From the sequence record NC_028894.1: a stretch of DNA of 64,000 bases; one strand, 5' to 3'. Source of the DNA: Escherichia phage vB_EcoM_VR20. Below are positions 26,916-37,216 of the stretch, in pieces (within the stretch, counting starts at the first letter, position 1; each line of letters opens with the position of its first letter). Position numbers and translations under genes: made by a program. The notes under the pieces are model-generated. The model searched no databases. It was not told the origin of the DNA and worked only from the letters and a program-made list of their open reading frames with translations.

Positions 26916-27273
26916 TTGTATATTTGGCTACGAGCTTCCAGTCGTCTTTTTGTTTGAAGGAGATAACACGGAAATTGTTTGTTACTGCGAACAATTCATT
27001 ATGCTCTTCTTCTTTGATAGCGATTAAGCCCCAGTCTTCAAGCAGTTGGGCAATGGAATCACGGCGCTGATAGTCTTCGCCGTCAATATCAACCTGACGA
27101 CCATCCATGCGCAGCATTTCTTTGAAGTGAACAATATAATAACGACCTTGCTTCTGGAGGATGTGGCAGCTCTGGTACAACACACGGTCTTTATTATTTG
27201 CGATGCCCATACGGGTCAGAGTTTCTTTAACTTTCAGGAAGTCTTCAGGTTGCTTTAATGTAATTTCAATCAT
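26905..27273 (-). CDS. regA: RegA translational repressor
   Basis: 122 aa; near-identical stretches to T4 RegA as I recall (MIEITLK.PEDFLKVKETLTRMGIANNKD, YYIVHFKEMLRMDGRQV). Confidence 0.85.
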   Translation of the reverse strand: MIEITLKQPEDFLKVKETLTRMGIANNKDRVLYQSCHILQKQGRYYIVHFKEMLRMDGRQVDIDGEDYQRRDSIAQLLEDWGLIAIKEEEHNELFAVTNNFRVISFKQKDDWKLVAKYTIGN

Positions 27274-27274
27274 T

Positions 27275-27853
27275 TTACCATTCCAATATTTGTTTTTTAA
27301 TTTCTTTTTGTTCTTTCACATTACTGGTAACGGTCTTTAAGAATTCATCCGTTACCAGACCTTTTGTCTTTTTCAAAACATCTTTAAGACTACCTTTGAC
27401 TTTCAATGTTTCCATATACATCAAAGCATCATCTGCATTAATTGTATAATATTTCATTAAAAGCTTGAGCACAAGCTGGACGTTGACTACATCCGGTTCA
27501 GCCTTGGCCCATTTGCCATAACGCTTGCCTTGTGGAACTGCATGCAGCAAATAATTATAATGCTGCTGGTCTGTTAACCCGGAACCGATTAAGTTCATCA
27601 CGTTCACCTGCATGATGCAATCAACATGTTGACTCAATGCGTTATCCAGCCAGAATTTATTGTAGTTTTCCGATTGAATCAGGTTCCGGGGTTTTTTGCT
27701 AACGGTTATGTCGTTAAGAATCGCGAACAATTCATTTTCTGCTTTCTCTTTGTATGAATCGGACAATTCCTGAATTTTGTTAAAGTCGCGTGATTTCCAC
27801 GCAACCTCATGTTCGTTTAATTGAACGTCATCATCAAAGAGACTTACAGCCAT
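27275..27853 (-). CDS. 62: clamp loader small subunit
   Basis: 192 aa; position between regA and 44. Confidence 0.7.
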   Translation of the reverse strand: MAVSLFDDDVQLNEHEVAWKSRDFNKIQELSDSYKEKAENELFAILNDITVSKKPRNLIQSENYNKFWLDNALSQHVDCIMQVNVMNLIGSGLTDQQHYNYLLHAVPQGKRYGKWAKAEPDVVNVQLVLKLLMKYYTINADDALMYMETLKVKGSLKDVLKKTKGLVTDEFLKTVTSNVKEQKEIKKQILEW

Positions 27854-28836
27854 TTCATTTCCCCAGCCAGTTGAGCAAACAGATAAGTCAGGTGAACTTC
27901 GGTATTGGCCGCAATGCCATGGTACTGATTATTCTCACCCACAATCTCATACATGCGGATGATACTTGCACCAGTCAGTTTGCCATACATTTCATCAGCC
28001 AGCTTTGCAATGAAGCTTGAATAATCATTTGCATGCTTAGGAGCCAGACCACGGAGAACTTTAAAGTTACGGTCCTTAAGGGCATCAATCACATCATCAA
28101 TTGGCGTGCGATTATTTGTCACGATACTTAAGATACCAGAATCGATAACACCCTTTGCAGAGTAACGGTCAAGCTCGTTAATTGTCTTACGCAGGTCCGG
28201 GAAGTTATGCTTAACCAGAGCAGCAACAACTTTCAGGTCTTCGATTTCAACGCCTTCGTTTTTACATACCGCAACTGCACGATGAATCATCTCTTTCATC
28301 ATGGTAGTCTGGTCAGCCGGAGTTGCTTCACCGAACTTAATGACGCGACAACGAGACTGCAACGGAGTGATGATGCCATCGATATTGTTCGCGGTCATAA
28401 TGATTGAACAGTTGCTCGAATAAGCTTCCATAAAGCTACGGAGGTGCCGTTGTGATTCAGCCAGACCCGCACGGTCGAACTCATCGATAACGATTACCTT
28501 GCGGCGACCTTCGATTGATTTGGATGATGCAAAGCGAGTCAATTCATTACGCACAAAGTCAATTCGGCAATCGGAGCCGTTAACAAACAGCATATCAGAA
28601 TTCGTATCTGCGCACATAGCTTTTGCAACTGTTGTCTTACCAGTACCAGGGGAACTACTGACCAGAATCAAGTTAGGAATCAAACCTTTTTTAACAATCG
28701 CCTCTAATGTTTCTTTATCATGAGCCGGGAGAATACACTCTGATAATGTACCTGGGCGGTATTTTTGTTCCCACATGAAGTCGGATTCGTTGACTGTTAG
28801 ACCGTTAATTACTGTTGCCATTATTATTTTCCTCAT
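27844..28836 (-). CDS. 44: clamp loader large subunit (AAA+ ATPase)
   Basis: 330 aa; Walker A SPGTGKTT; Walker B VIVIDEFD. Confidence 0.85.
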   Translation of the reverse strand: MRKIIMATVINGLTVNESDFMWEQKYRPGTLSECILPAHDKETLEAIVKKGLIPNLILVSSSPGTGKTTVAKAMCADTNSDMLFVNGSDCRIDFVRNELTRFASSKSIEGRRKVIVIDEFDRAGLAESQRHLRSFMEAYSSNCSIIMTANNIDGIITPLQSRCRVIKFGEATPADQTTMMKEMIHRAVAVCKNEGVEIEDLKVVAALVKHNFPDLRKTINELDRYSAKGVIDSGILSIVTNNRTPIDDVIDALKDRNFKVLRGLAPKHANDYSSFIAKLADEMYGKLTGASIIRMYEIVGENNQYHGIAANTEVHLTYLFAQLAGEMKWL

Positions 28837-29383
28837 TAAATTTTTTAACTATTTTATTCAATTCATTGGCTGAATAATTATACCCATAGTTCCGCAAAAG
28901 CGTACTGAACTTACCGCGCTTTGGTTTATCCAGCTCTATCCAAATTTTTAACAGTTCATCATAGTGATTCCAAACTTCAGAACGCTGCCATAACGAACAA
29001 TTCAATTTATGTGTTTTACTAAATGTTCGAGATACACCAGTACGTGATTCAGACATTTGTCTACGAGTTTCTTCTGTATGAAAATCAACTCCACCATTAC
29101 CGCCTGGATGAACATTAACACATTTATTTCCATATTCAATAAGACCTTTGGTAACAATCAAAGATTCATAGTGTTTAGCTTCTTTGAAAGTTTTTACTTC
29201 TTTAATAATTTTTGTATCGAATAACCAAAGTCCAGGAGTTAAATCATTTTCTTTTCGACAAGCTTTAATAAACGTTCCACTGCCGTGATATTCTTCACCG
29301 GTCAAACGATGTCTACCAAAATAATGATAAACATCGTTTGATGCAGTATTTGTTATTTTTGTATGATAACAAATGTATGACAT
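28805..29383 (-). mobile_element. GIY-YIG family homing endonuclease-like gene (Seg-like) inserted between 44 and 45
   Basis: Start trimmed to MSYICYHTKI after a GGAG site; YICYHTKITNTASNDVYHYFGRH GIY-YIG-like N-terminus; HTEETRRQMSESRTG matches the conserved Seg-type core. Confidence 0.55.
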
Positions 29384-29393
29384 TTTATTCTCC

Positions 29394-29411
29394 ATGGGGC
29401 CGAAGCCCCAT
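29394..29411 (-). terminator. stem-loop, AUGGGGC-UUCG-GCCCCAU, after gene 45
   Basis: Perfect 7-bp stem with UUCG tetraloop between the gene 45 stop and the endonuclease ribosome-binding site; no long U-run, so could instead be a stability or processing hairpin. Confidence 0.45.
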
Positions 29412-29414
29412 TTA

Positions 29415-30110
29415 TTAATCTTGGAATTCGTGGCTAGAGCCTTGTTCCATTGCAATCACATAGCTTGCTTGTGTGCCTTCAAACTTCGTAGCAAATTTAT
29501 CATCTTTCGCCCAAAGCATAACACGGTAATCAGCCGGAATCATTTTCATGTTCAGTTTGTTAATGATAAATTTAAACGCTGCATCGCCTTCGTAATCGCC
29601 ACACACCAGGGAATACAATGGGCGCGCTAATTCTTTATCTTCGAGCTGGTTATAACCATGGATAACAATCTTACCGTCTTTGTTGGTGATTGCAAAAGTA
29701 TCCAGAGACAAACCGCCAGCCACACGCAGAAGCTGCTGCAGGTCACTACCTTTCAGGTCGAAGATAACCTTAGCTACCGGGAAAGGAATCTTCTTAGCAG
29801 GGAACACGATAGTGCTCGGGTCAGCTGCAGGCCAGTGAATCGTTGAACGTTGGTCTTTGATAATGATGTTCGATGCATCTTCAGCCAGAGATACTTCAGC
29901 TTGGTCAGTTACCAGGCCCAGGATACTTAAGAAGCCGTTCAGGTCATAAATTGCAGCTTCAAAGTCAATTGTATCATTGATTTCAGATTCACCATATGAC
30001 GCTCCAGTTACGGAACGAGTCAGGATAGTATTACCTGGTTTAAGCATAATGCCAGAGTAGATGGAGGTGAAGTTTTTCAGAACGGCGATAGTGTCTTTAG
30101 AGAATTTCAT
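29415..30110 (-). CDS. 45: sliding clamp
   Basis: 231 aa; MKFSKDT...LLKNF N-terminus and FWPAADPST, LLLWAK regions resemble T4 gp45. Confidence 0.85.
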   Translation of the reverse strand: MKFSKDTIAVLKNFTSIYSGIMLKPGNTILTRSVTGASYGESEINDTIDFEAAIYDLNGFLSILGLVTDQAEVSLAEDASNIIIKDQRSTIHWPAADPSTIVFPAKKIPFPVAKVIFDLKGSDLQQLLRVAGGLSLDTFAITNKDGKIVIHGYNQLEDKELARPLYSLVCGDYEGDAAFKFIINKLNMKMIPADYRVMLWAKDDKFATKFEGTQASYVIAMEQGSSHEFQD

Positions 30111-30138
30111 TTAATTACCTTTTATTCAAATCAAAAAA

Positions 30139-30564
30139 TTAAGCAACAACTGCCATTTGTTTGCGGATAGCTTCCGGAAGAGATTCAATATACTCTGGAA
30201 GTTGCGCAGCAATAATAGAACCAGCTTGGACCAGGTGGTCGTCGAAGTCAACACAGTAATCATCTTCGAGACGTTCGGAGCCGTCACGGTCGATAACCAG
30301 TTTAGCACCAGCTGCCAGAGATTCGGTGTAATGACGTTGCATCAGTTCAATCCACTTATCAGATACATCAGTATCGATAACACCATACAGCATAAATTTA
30401 ACTTCTTGAGGAAGTGATTTCAGACGGGTAGCAGATACTTCATCACATGCCAGGACCCAGGATTTACGGATGCGGTTTTGGTTATGTGGGTTCGCGTCGG
30501 TGCGGATGGTTTTAACTTGGATATCTTTAGCAGTTACGTTGTTCATAATATTCTCTCTATTCAA
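30139..30564 (-). CDS. rpbA: RpbA-like protein (RNA polymerase binding) by position
   Basis: 141-aa ORF immediately next to gene 45. Confidence 0.45.
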   Translation of the reverse strand: MNRENIMNNVTAKDIQVKTIRTDANPHNQNRIRKSWVLACDEVSATRLKSLPQEVKFMLYGVIDTDVSDKWIELMQRHYTESLAAGAKLVIDRDGSERLEDDYCVDFDDHLVQAGSIIAAQLPEYIESLPEAIRKQMAVVA

Positions 30565-30569
30565 TTCAA

Positions 30570-30821
30570 TTAATCAAAGTATTCATATGCGAACCAGGCT
30601 TTGTGTCTGTTCGCGATTATTTTAACATATTCTTCACCGAAAGCGTTTTGCAAGTCACGTTCAGTAACTAGGTGTTCATCTTTCGAAAAGGTATTAACTA
30701 ACACATATCGTTTAATTTCGGGGACAGCTAGTAAATGCTGCCCGGTTAAGAAGTCAGCCATAACAGCCTCTATTATAACATCCTTGTTTAAAGCATTATT
30801 CCATAACAGTGAATCGACCAA
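30570..30821 (-). CDS. small hypothetical protein
   Basis: 83-aa ORF. Confidence 0.4.
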   Translation of the reverse strand: MVDSLLWNNALNKDVIIEAVMADFLTGQHLLAVPEIKRYVLVNTFSKDEHLVTERDLQNAFGEEYVKIIANRHKAWFAYEYFD

Positions 30822-32478
30822 CTTTTTTCATCTGGAGATGTTGCCCGTATGCTTCCGGGTCATGGTCTCGGTGACTGATAATAAAGATGTTGGTGTCTTC
30901 CAATTTGTTCAGGATGGTGGCAATTGCTTTAACACCCTCTACATCCGTGGCCGAGTCAAAAACTTCATCCAGAATCAAGGTGTTAATATTAACACCAGAT
31001 ACTTTCGCAGCAATATCACGCCATGTAAACAGCAATGCAATATCGATACGAGCTTTTTCACCCTGGCTAAATGATGCATAGCTGAAGTCTTCACGTCCAC
31101 GAGATTTAATCGTTTCGTTGAACTCTTCATCTAACGTAAAACTATAATCAGCTTCCATAACTTTAAGGTAAGCGTTTATCTGCTTATTAAAGATAGGAAT
31201 ATATTTCTTAATAATCGCGCCTTTGATACCGGAATCTTTCAACATATCCGTTAAGATACCACGTTGATATTTTTCCATCACAAGGTCGGATTTCTGTTTG
31301 ACTATTTTATCAAGCTGGTCTTGAAGCATTTTAATGTCTGCTGCATGGTCAATAAATTCTGACTTAGCTTGCTCGATTAATGCTTTAACCTTTTTAGCTT
31401 TTTCGACAGTCTGGACTAAGGTTTGTTTCTTAGTTTGAATGTCTTGAGCTATTGTACGTTGTTTTTGTCTTGCAGCAGAATACGCATCAAATTGCTCCTG
31501 AACAGCTTTCTGGCGAGCTTTATGGTTATCAGCTGATACATTACATTCTTCAATCTTTGACTCAATCCTGGCGACAATAGGGTCTCCTGGATGCAACTGA
31601 CTGGCACAAGTCTGACAACAACCACCTTTCTCGTACAGACCAACAACCTTTCGGTAATCGTCTATCTTCGACTTAATCAGGAATGATTCCTGCTTTAACT
31701 TCGTTAGTTCATGCTCAGGGTCTTCTCCCAAGATTATCTCGGTCAGTCTTGTCGTTGCTTCTTCGATAGTTGTCTTAATTCCACGTGCTTCTGTGGCAAG
31801 TTCATCATACATCGTTTGCAGCCGCAACAGATTATCACCTGATAATTTTCTTTGACGGTCTTCGTTGTCCTGATAGATTTTAATCTGTTGAACAATACCA
31901 TCATGCTGCACATCCATCACCTGGATTTGACTATTGACTTCGCGGATAAGAGATTTGTTCAGCTTATCCATATCGGCCAGTACAGAAACCTCTAAAAGGT
32001 CTTCGACAAGTTTTCTTCTTGCAGGAGTGGATAGGCCCATAAAAGGGGTATATCCAGCTGTGCCGAGTACGACAATCTGTTTGAAGCTTGCATAGGACAT
32101 TCCGATAAGCTGTTCAAATTCCGCTTGGAAGTCTTTACTGCTGGCAGATTCATCAAGACGTTCACCGCCACAAGAGATTTCAAAAACGTTGGGTTTTTGC
32201 CCGCGCTTGATATAGTATTCTTTTCCATCATATTCCATCCACAATTCAACGAGCATATCTTTTTTGTTGCTCGAGTTAATCAGCTGACCTTTCTTTACAT
32301 CACGGAAAGGCTTACCGAACATAGCAAAGGTAACCGCTTCAAGGAACGTAGATTTACCTGCGCCATTCTTGCCGGTGACCAGAGTTTTTTGGACTTTATC
32401 CAGTTCAACAGTAATCGGTTGAGCACCAACCGACATAATATTTTTATAGATAACTTTCTTAAGCTTAAAAGTCTTCAC
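30796..32478 (-). CDS. 46: recombination endonuclease subunit (Rad50/SbcC-like ATPase)
   Basis: 560 aa; Walker A GKNGAGKST; central coiled coil with CQTC zinc hook; Walker B LILDE. Confidence 0.85.
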   Translation of the reverse strand: MKTFKLKKVIYKNIMSVGAQPITVELDKVQKTLVTGKNGAGKSTFLEAVTFAMFGKPFRDVKKGQLINSSNKKDMLVELWMEYDGKEYYIKRGQKPNVFEISCGGERLDESASSKDFQAEFEQLIGMSYASFKQIVVLGTAGYTPFMGLSTPARRKLVEDLLEVSVLADMDKLNKSLIREVNSQIQVMDVQHDGIVQQIKIYQDNEDRQRKLSGDNLLRLQTMYDELATEARGIKTTIEEATTRLTEIILGEDPEHELTKLKQESFLIKSKIDDYRKVVGLYEKGGCCQTCASQLHPGDPIVARIESKIEECNVSADNHKARQKAVQEQFDAYSAARQKQRTIAQDIQTKKQTLVQTVEKAKKVKALIEQAKSEFIDHAADIKMLQDQLDKIVKQKSDLVMEKYQRGILTDMLKDSGIKGAIIKKYIPIFNKQINAYLKVMEADYSFTLDEEFNETIKSRGREDFSYASFSQGEKARIDIALLFTWRDIAAKVSGVNINTLILDEVFDSATDVEGVKAIATILNKLEDTNIFIISHRDHDPEAYGQHLQMKKVGRFTVME

Positions 32479-32693
32479 AAAAGATTCCTTTTAATGTATC
32501 TTTTAGACCATTCTATCATATCATCATAATCTAAAAAGCATTCATCAAATTCAGCCATGCAAACCACCCCCTGCGCCGTTTTTGATGTGATATAAATTAT
32601 TCCGACATATCTAGAATCTTCTTCGGTATAATCAATATTTGCTACAAATTCATCATCAAGATTAAATTCAAAAGTCTTCATCATAATAAGCAT
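32475..32693 (-). CDS. small hypothetical protein
   Basis: 72-aa ORF. Confidence 0.4.
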   Translation of the reverse strand: MLIMMKTFEFNLDDEFVANIDYTEEDSRYVGIIYITSKTAQGVVCMAEFDECFLDYDDMIEWSKRYIKRNLL

Positions 32694-32931
32694 CCTTGAT
32701 GCATGATTCAGCCATATGAATTAATGTCTCTGGAGTATCATCTTCCATTACATTAAAGCTAAATTCCACGGCCCAATCGGTGACTACATAGACTTTGATA
32801 AGTTGACCAGTTTCCCGGTCAGTGATAGCTTCAAACCAATACTTAATAGTATTCGGTTGATTATCGTCGTCAACCACATCACATTCGCGGATATGCTCAA
32901 GCCCCGCTTCATTAAAATCATAAAGTCTCAT
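32668..32931 (-). CDS. small hypothetical acidic protein
   Basis: 87-aa ORF. Confidence 0.4.
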   Translation of the reverse strand: MRLYDFNEAGLEHIRECDVVDDDNQPNTIKYWFEAITDRETGQLIKVYVVTDWAVEFSFNVMEDDTPETLIHMAESCIKDAYYDEDF

Positions 32932-33974
32932 GGTTGCACCTCAAGATATAATTTATTGGCCAATGCTTTGAGAGCTTTTGATTCTTTCTCATTGGCGTCA
33001 GGTAATGCATCGATATATTCTGCCATCATATCAGTTAAGCGTTTTATATCTAACTCTTCATCAGAGTCAGTCGTATCAACACTGTTATCAACCTTATTGA
33101 CAACACGCAATTCATGTACACGCTTTTCTAATTCGGATTCGAACTTGGTCAGGTCTTTATCGACTTTTTCTACAATAACACGGACTGATAAGTCTTTGAA
33201 GTCGTCGTAGTTAATAGTTTCGTTTGGATAGAAAATCTTCCGATGCCAGGTGGTTTCATTCGGAATAAATTTCATCTCTTCGGTTTCGGTATCAAATTCC
33301 CAGAACCCACGCGGGTCGTTCTCATCACCCGCTGTTAATGTCCATGGTGTCCCGATGTACTTAACGTTTGCAGCTTCTGAAATGGTATGAAAGTGACCAG
33401 ACCAAACTTGTTTGTACTTCTTAAGGAAATCAGGTTCAAGTCCGTGGGATTTCAATCCTTTATAGAAATAAAACCCAGTTAATTCCCAGTGACCGATGCA
33501 ATATTCAGCCCCAGAAGTTTTGATGTGTTGATGAATGTCAGTTGCGTTCTCGTCGCACATCCATGGAATCATATCAATCTGGCAACCGTCAAAATCAACA
33601 GTCGTTGGCTTATCGTAGATTTTAACATGGTCATACTTATTCAGGAGCTCAGTGATAGCATTAGGATGAATCTTATTCTTCAGATTCATGTCATGGTTCC
33701 CGACTATCGTGTGCATAGTAATTCCTGCTTCACGAAGGAGTTCCATAATCTCACGGCTGAATTCCATCGTCTTATGCGTTACGGCCTTACGGACGTCAAA
33801 AATATCACCATACTGAATCCAGACTTTAATTCCATTCGCTTTGGAATATGCAATCGCCTGTAAAATACCATCACGTTGAATGTTTTGAGCCCATGGGTCG
33901 TCAGCTTTGACACCTAAGTGCCAATCACCTAAATTTAAAATTTTCATAAGCCAAGCACCGTTATCGCAATGCAA
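32928..33974 (-). CDS. 47: recombination endonuclease subunit (Mre11/SbcD-like phosphoesterase)
   Basis: 348 aa; phosphoesterase motifs LGDWH, GDIFD, GNHD. Confidence 0.85.
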   Translation of the reverse strand: MHCDNGAWLMKILNLGDWHLGVKADDPWAQNIQRDGILQAIAYSKANGIKVWIQYGDIFDVRKAVTHKTMEFSREIMELLREAGITMHTIVGNHDMNLKNKIHPNAITELLNKYDHVKIYDKPTTVDFDGCQIDMIPWMCDENATDIHQHIKTSGAEYCIGHWELTGFYFYKGLKSHGLEPDFLKKYKQVWSGHFHTISEAANVKYIGTPWTLTAGDENDPRGFWEFDTETEEMKFIPNETTWHRKIFYPNETINYDDFKDLSVRVIVEKVDKDLTKFESELEKRVHELRVVNKVDNSVDTTDSDEELDIKRLTDMMAEYIDALPDANEKESKALKALANKLYLEVQP

Positions 33975-34375
33975 AATAAAATTACTGAAATGAACCCGTC
34001 AGGAGTAGAAAAGAATCCTATCCAACAAGCTCTTGTGAATGTGTAGAATGCCATGAATAGCACGACATATCCTAAAAATAATTCCATATACTCTCCTCAG
34101 TTGGTTCATTTTATCATCCCGAATATAAAGCAAAAAGGAAGCACTAGGCTTCCTTTCCAATTAATACACCGTACAGAGGTTCGTGAGAAGACCTGAACTT
34201 GATAGGCTTATAGGTAATAGTACCTTCATTTTCTGCTTTAATACGAGCAGCTTCAAATTGAAGAATCATCTCGTTTTTGTCAGATTTAATCTTATCAAAA
34301 TCCGTCGAATTCGTCATTCATATGACCTCTTAAAAATCTGGATGTTCGTCGTTCATTAGCCACCTGTCCATGTTA

Positions 34376-34576
34376 TCATCGTTGCCACCATTTCTTAAGT
34401 TGATGAGAATCGACCCAAACCTTGGCTACAGGCTCAATCTGAAAAATACCATCAGAATATTGGCCCATCATTTTGTATTCGGTTTCGGTTTGCTTGATAC
34501 AGATATTACCATATGAGCGAAGTCTGAAAGCGGCTCCAACAAGAAGCCGTTTAAAAGGTTTATTTACTAATGCCAT
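34376..34576 (-). CDS. small hypothetical protein
   Basis: 66-aa ORF. Confidence 0.35.
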   Translation of the reverse strand: MALVNKPFKRLLVGAAFRLRSYGNICIKQTETEYKMMGQYSDGIFQIEPVAKVWVDSHQLKKWWQR

Positions 34577-34871
34577 TTACGATTTCCCAAATTTGTTTGC
34601 GAGTAGAATCCCACATCAACTTAATCAGGTCTTCCGTAACGGGTTGGCGGTAAATCCCACGCAGTTTAACAAGAGCATATTTGTATGCTTCAAAATTGTT
34701 TTCCAGCACTGCGCCTTGAGCATGCTTATTCAGTCGTGCAATTTCACGAGCATTCTTTTTCAGAATCTTCGCTGCTTGACTGGTTGCTTCGAGTGCGTTC
34801 GCTTCTTCGAGACGTTCCTGTGCTTCTTCAATCTGCTTATCGGTCAGTTGAGAAATATCTGGAGCTTGCAT
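34560..34871 (-). CDS. hypothetical protein
   Basis: 103-aa ORF. Confidence 0.4.
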   Translation of the reverse strand: MQAPDISQLTDKQIEEAQERLEEANALEATSQAAKILKKNAREIARLNKHAQGAVLENNFEAYKYALVKLRGIYRQPVTEDLIKLMWDSTRKQIWEIVNGISK

Positions 34872-34872
34872 A

Positions 34873-35124
34873 TTAATCCTTGGGAGTTAACTCAATTGTA
34901 AAATATAGATTAGCATTATCCACATGATAACGGTAATCAACGTTATTGTCCGGAGAAGTAAATTCCAGATTCCGGACGTTTAAAGGGTCGATATCAATTG
35001 GAAGACCTTTTATGTCTCGCAGATAAAGTTTAATGAAATATGGGAGAGCCGTAAAGTCTTCCTCGATTTTATCTAAAAAATCGGTAATATCAAATTGATG
35101 TTCCATATAAAAAATCCAAATCAC
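34873..35124 (-). CDS. small hypothetical protein
   Basis: 83-aa ORF. Confidence 0.4.
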   Translation of the reverse strand: MIWIFYMEHQFDITDFLDKIEEDFTALPYFIKLYLRDIKGLPIDIDPLNVRNLEFTSPDNNVDYRYHVDNANLYFTIELTPKD

Positions 35125-35647
35125 CCTCTTTATCTTTGGCGCTCTTATCAGACCCTGGCGCTTTAACTAAAGAGGATTCGTACTGTGTCATTTTGTCATA
35201 GATGTCCTGGATAAATGTTTCATCAGCCAGAGCCACCATATCGTCGTCACGTGAATCATATACGTTATGGACGAAGTAGCTATATTTCTTTGCCATTTCT
35301 TTACGTTCTTTTTTGATACGCTGAACGAAAGCATTGAAGCAAGCCATTGTTATGTAAGCATGTGGATTATCGTATTTTGTTTCGTCGAAGTTGTGAAGAC
35401 CTTTTATTGCGGCCTCAATTCCGTCTGCTATCATTTCTTGCTTCCAGGATTGGGTATATCCGGAGAAGTTGAAACGTTTGCTAAGACCTTCGGCTATAAG
35501 CATAATCGCCAGACCAATAACATCGTTCTGGCGAATAATTTTGTTCGGGTCGGTGTTCGCATTCAGCTTCTGTTTCCACTCCGAAATAGCTTTCAAAAGC
35601 TCTTTATTATTTACATAGTTATTCTTGGTTAATTTAATTTCGTTCAT
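35090..35647 (-). CDS. 55: late-transcription sigma factor
   Basis: 185 aa; long stretches match T4 gp55 as I recall ([55 protein letters not shown]). Confidence 0.9.
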   Translation of the reverse strand: MNEIKLTKNNYVNNKELLKAISEWKQKLNANTDPNKIIRQNDVIGLAIMLIAEGLSKRFNFSGYTQSWKQEMIADGIEAAIKGLHNFDETKYDNPHAYITMACFNAFVQRIKKERKEMAKKYSYFVHNVYDSRDDDMVALADETFIQDIYDKMTQYESSLVKAPGSDKSAKDKEGDLDFLYGTSI

Positions 35648-35695
35648 ATCGCCTCACTTAGTATATGAATATTATATCATCCTTTATACAAAGCA

Positions 35696-35962
35696 TTAGC
35701 GAAGTAAACAGTAAGCCTGGAAGACCTTCTCCATAATTGCCTTAAATTCATGGATGTCAATATAAGGGATAACCTCGGCATCACTAATGAATTCCATCAG
35801 ACGGTCATGCTCGTTGCGGTATTGTCCTTCATTCAACATACTGATATGGGACTCCCAAGAGCCATACCCTTCTGCGTGTGGGAAGAATGTTATTTTCATG
35901 AATTCATCCACCCAAAACGTTCCCAGGTCCTGGATGGATATCATTGTATGATTGATGTGCAT
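35696..35962 (-). CDS. small hypothetical protein
   Basis: 88-aa ORF. Confidence 0.4.
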   Translation of the reverse strand: MHINHTMISIQDLGTFWVDEFMKITFFPHAEGYGSWESHISMLNEGQYRNEHDRLMEFISDAEVIPYIDIHEFKAIMEKVFQAYCLLR

Positions 35963-36228
35963 CAGTACACCAATTGGGCAGCTTCTAAAACATCATCAAG
36001 CTTATCAAACTGGTCAATATAATCAATCCCACCAACTTCATCTTTAGCATACAACCAATATTGGTGAAATTCATATTCAATAATAAAGTGGTCACCTTCA
36101 ATCTGGAGAACGCCAGCATTATTAAATTGAACTGCATAACCCGTAAAGCGAACATCATTCAGGAGTTCTTCTTTCATAGTAATCATTTCCAAGTTTTTAT
36201 CGTAATTAGAGAGTTTTATTTTAATCAT
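35962..36228 (-). CDS. small hypothetical protein
   Basis: 88-aa ORF. Confidence 0.4.
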   Translation of the reverse strand: MIKIKLSNYDKNLEMITMKEELLNDVRFTGYAVQFNNAGVLQIEGDHFIIEYEFHQYWLYAKDEVGGIDYIDQFDKLDDVLEAAQLVY

Positions 36229-36484
36229 TTAAGTAGTCCAGGAATTCGTCTAATGTCATGCCTTCCGCCCAAGCTTCCCAGGCATCGATTTTAGTGTACT
36301 TGGTTTTAGTACACATAGGATAGATTCTGAATTCATATCCCATTGAAATGAAATAATTTAAAGTCCTTTGTAAATAGTAACCTTGACTAATTTTATGAGC
36401 TCGGCGAATTCCATTAGCATACGTATGTTTGTATGATACTATTACCGCAACACCTTCAGGTAATTCAATAGCAGGACACATCAT
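36221..36484 (-). CDS. small hypothetical protein
   Basis: 87-aa ORF. Confidence 0.4.
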   Translation of the reverse strand: MMCPAIELPEGVAVIVSYKHTYANGIRRAHKISQGYYLQRTLNYFISMGYEFRIYPMCTKTKYTKIDAWEAWAEGMTLDEFLDYLND

Positions 36485-36831
36485 TTCGCACCCTTAATAA
36501 TTTTCAGGTCAACAAAACCTTTCTTGCGCTGGGACTTCATACGCTTGATAGCTTTATCAGAAACTTCTTTGTTTTCGCGCAGAAGCGGCAGACCAAACGC
36601 TACTACATCGAATTCATTCAGGATATACTGGACAAGGCTTTCACGAATACGTGCTTTACCCATTGTCTGACCTTCTGCAATAATCAGCTTCTGTACATCG
36701 CCTTCCCACTGGTCCAGAATCTCAGGGGTAACGAAACCAGATTTCATCAGAGTGTTAACTTTAGCAAATGCGAAATTAGCGATGGTGTTAGTGATAGATG
36801 CAGTCATGATATATTCCTCAGTCTCATTCAA
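36481..36831 (-). CDS. hypothetical protein
   Basis: 116-aa ORF. Confidence 0.4.
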   Translation of the reverse strand: MNETEEYIMTASITNTIANFAFAKVNTLMKSGFVTPEILDQWEGDVQKLIIAEGQTMGKARIRESLVQYILNEFDVVAFGLPLLRENKEVSDKAIKRMKSQRKKGFVDLKIIKGAK

Positions 36832-36879
36832 TTAAAATTTTATTATCCTAGGGTCATTATACCATGACCCCGTTGGTTT

Positions 36880-37077
36880 TTACTGCGCTTTAGCGCCTTT
36901 CCAACCTTCATACATCATTGCGGCGGAAATTAACAAAGCACCCGAGCAACTTGAATATTTGTGATTCCAAAACCAGTTTAGAAAAACTTCGTCATCAATA
37001 CCTTGAGCTATCATATTTTCAAAGAACTGACGGCGCGATTCAGCAATTCGCTGTGATAATTTAGATTCAGGATTCAT
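36880..37077 (-). CDS. small hypothetical protein
   Basis: 65-aa ORF. Confidence 0.35.
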   Translation of the reverse strand: MNPESKLSQRIAESRRQFFENMIAQGIDDEVFLNWFWNHKYSSCSGALLISAAMMYEGWKGAKAQ

Positions 37078-37216
37078 TTAAATTTTCCAGTTACCGTTTT
37101 CATCAATAAATTTAATCCAGTCATTTACTGACCACTTAGTTGTATCGCCTTTTGGAGCAGGATTTAAAGTGTATAATCCTTGTTTAAAAAGCATTCGTTT
37201 GATATTCATGTTTTCC

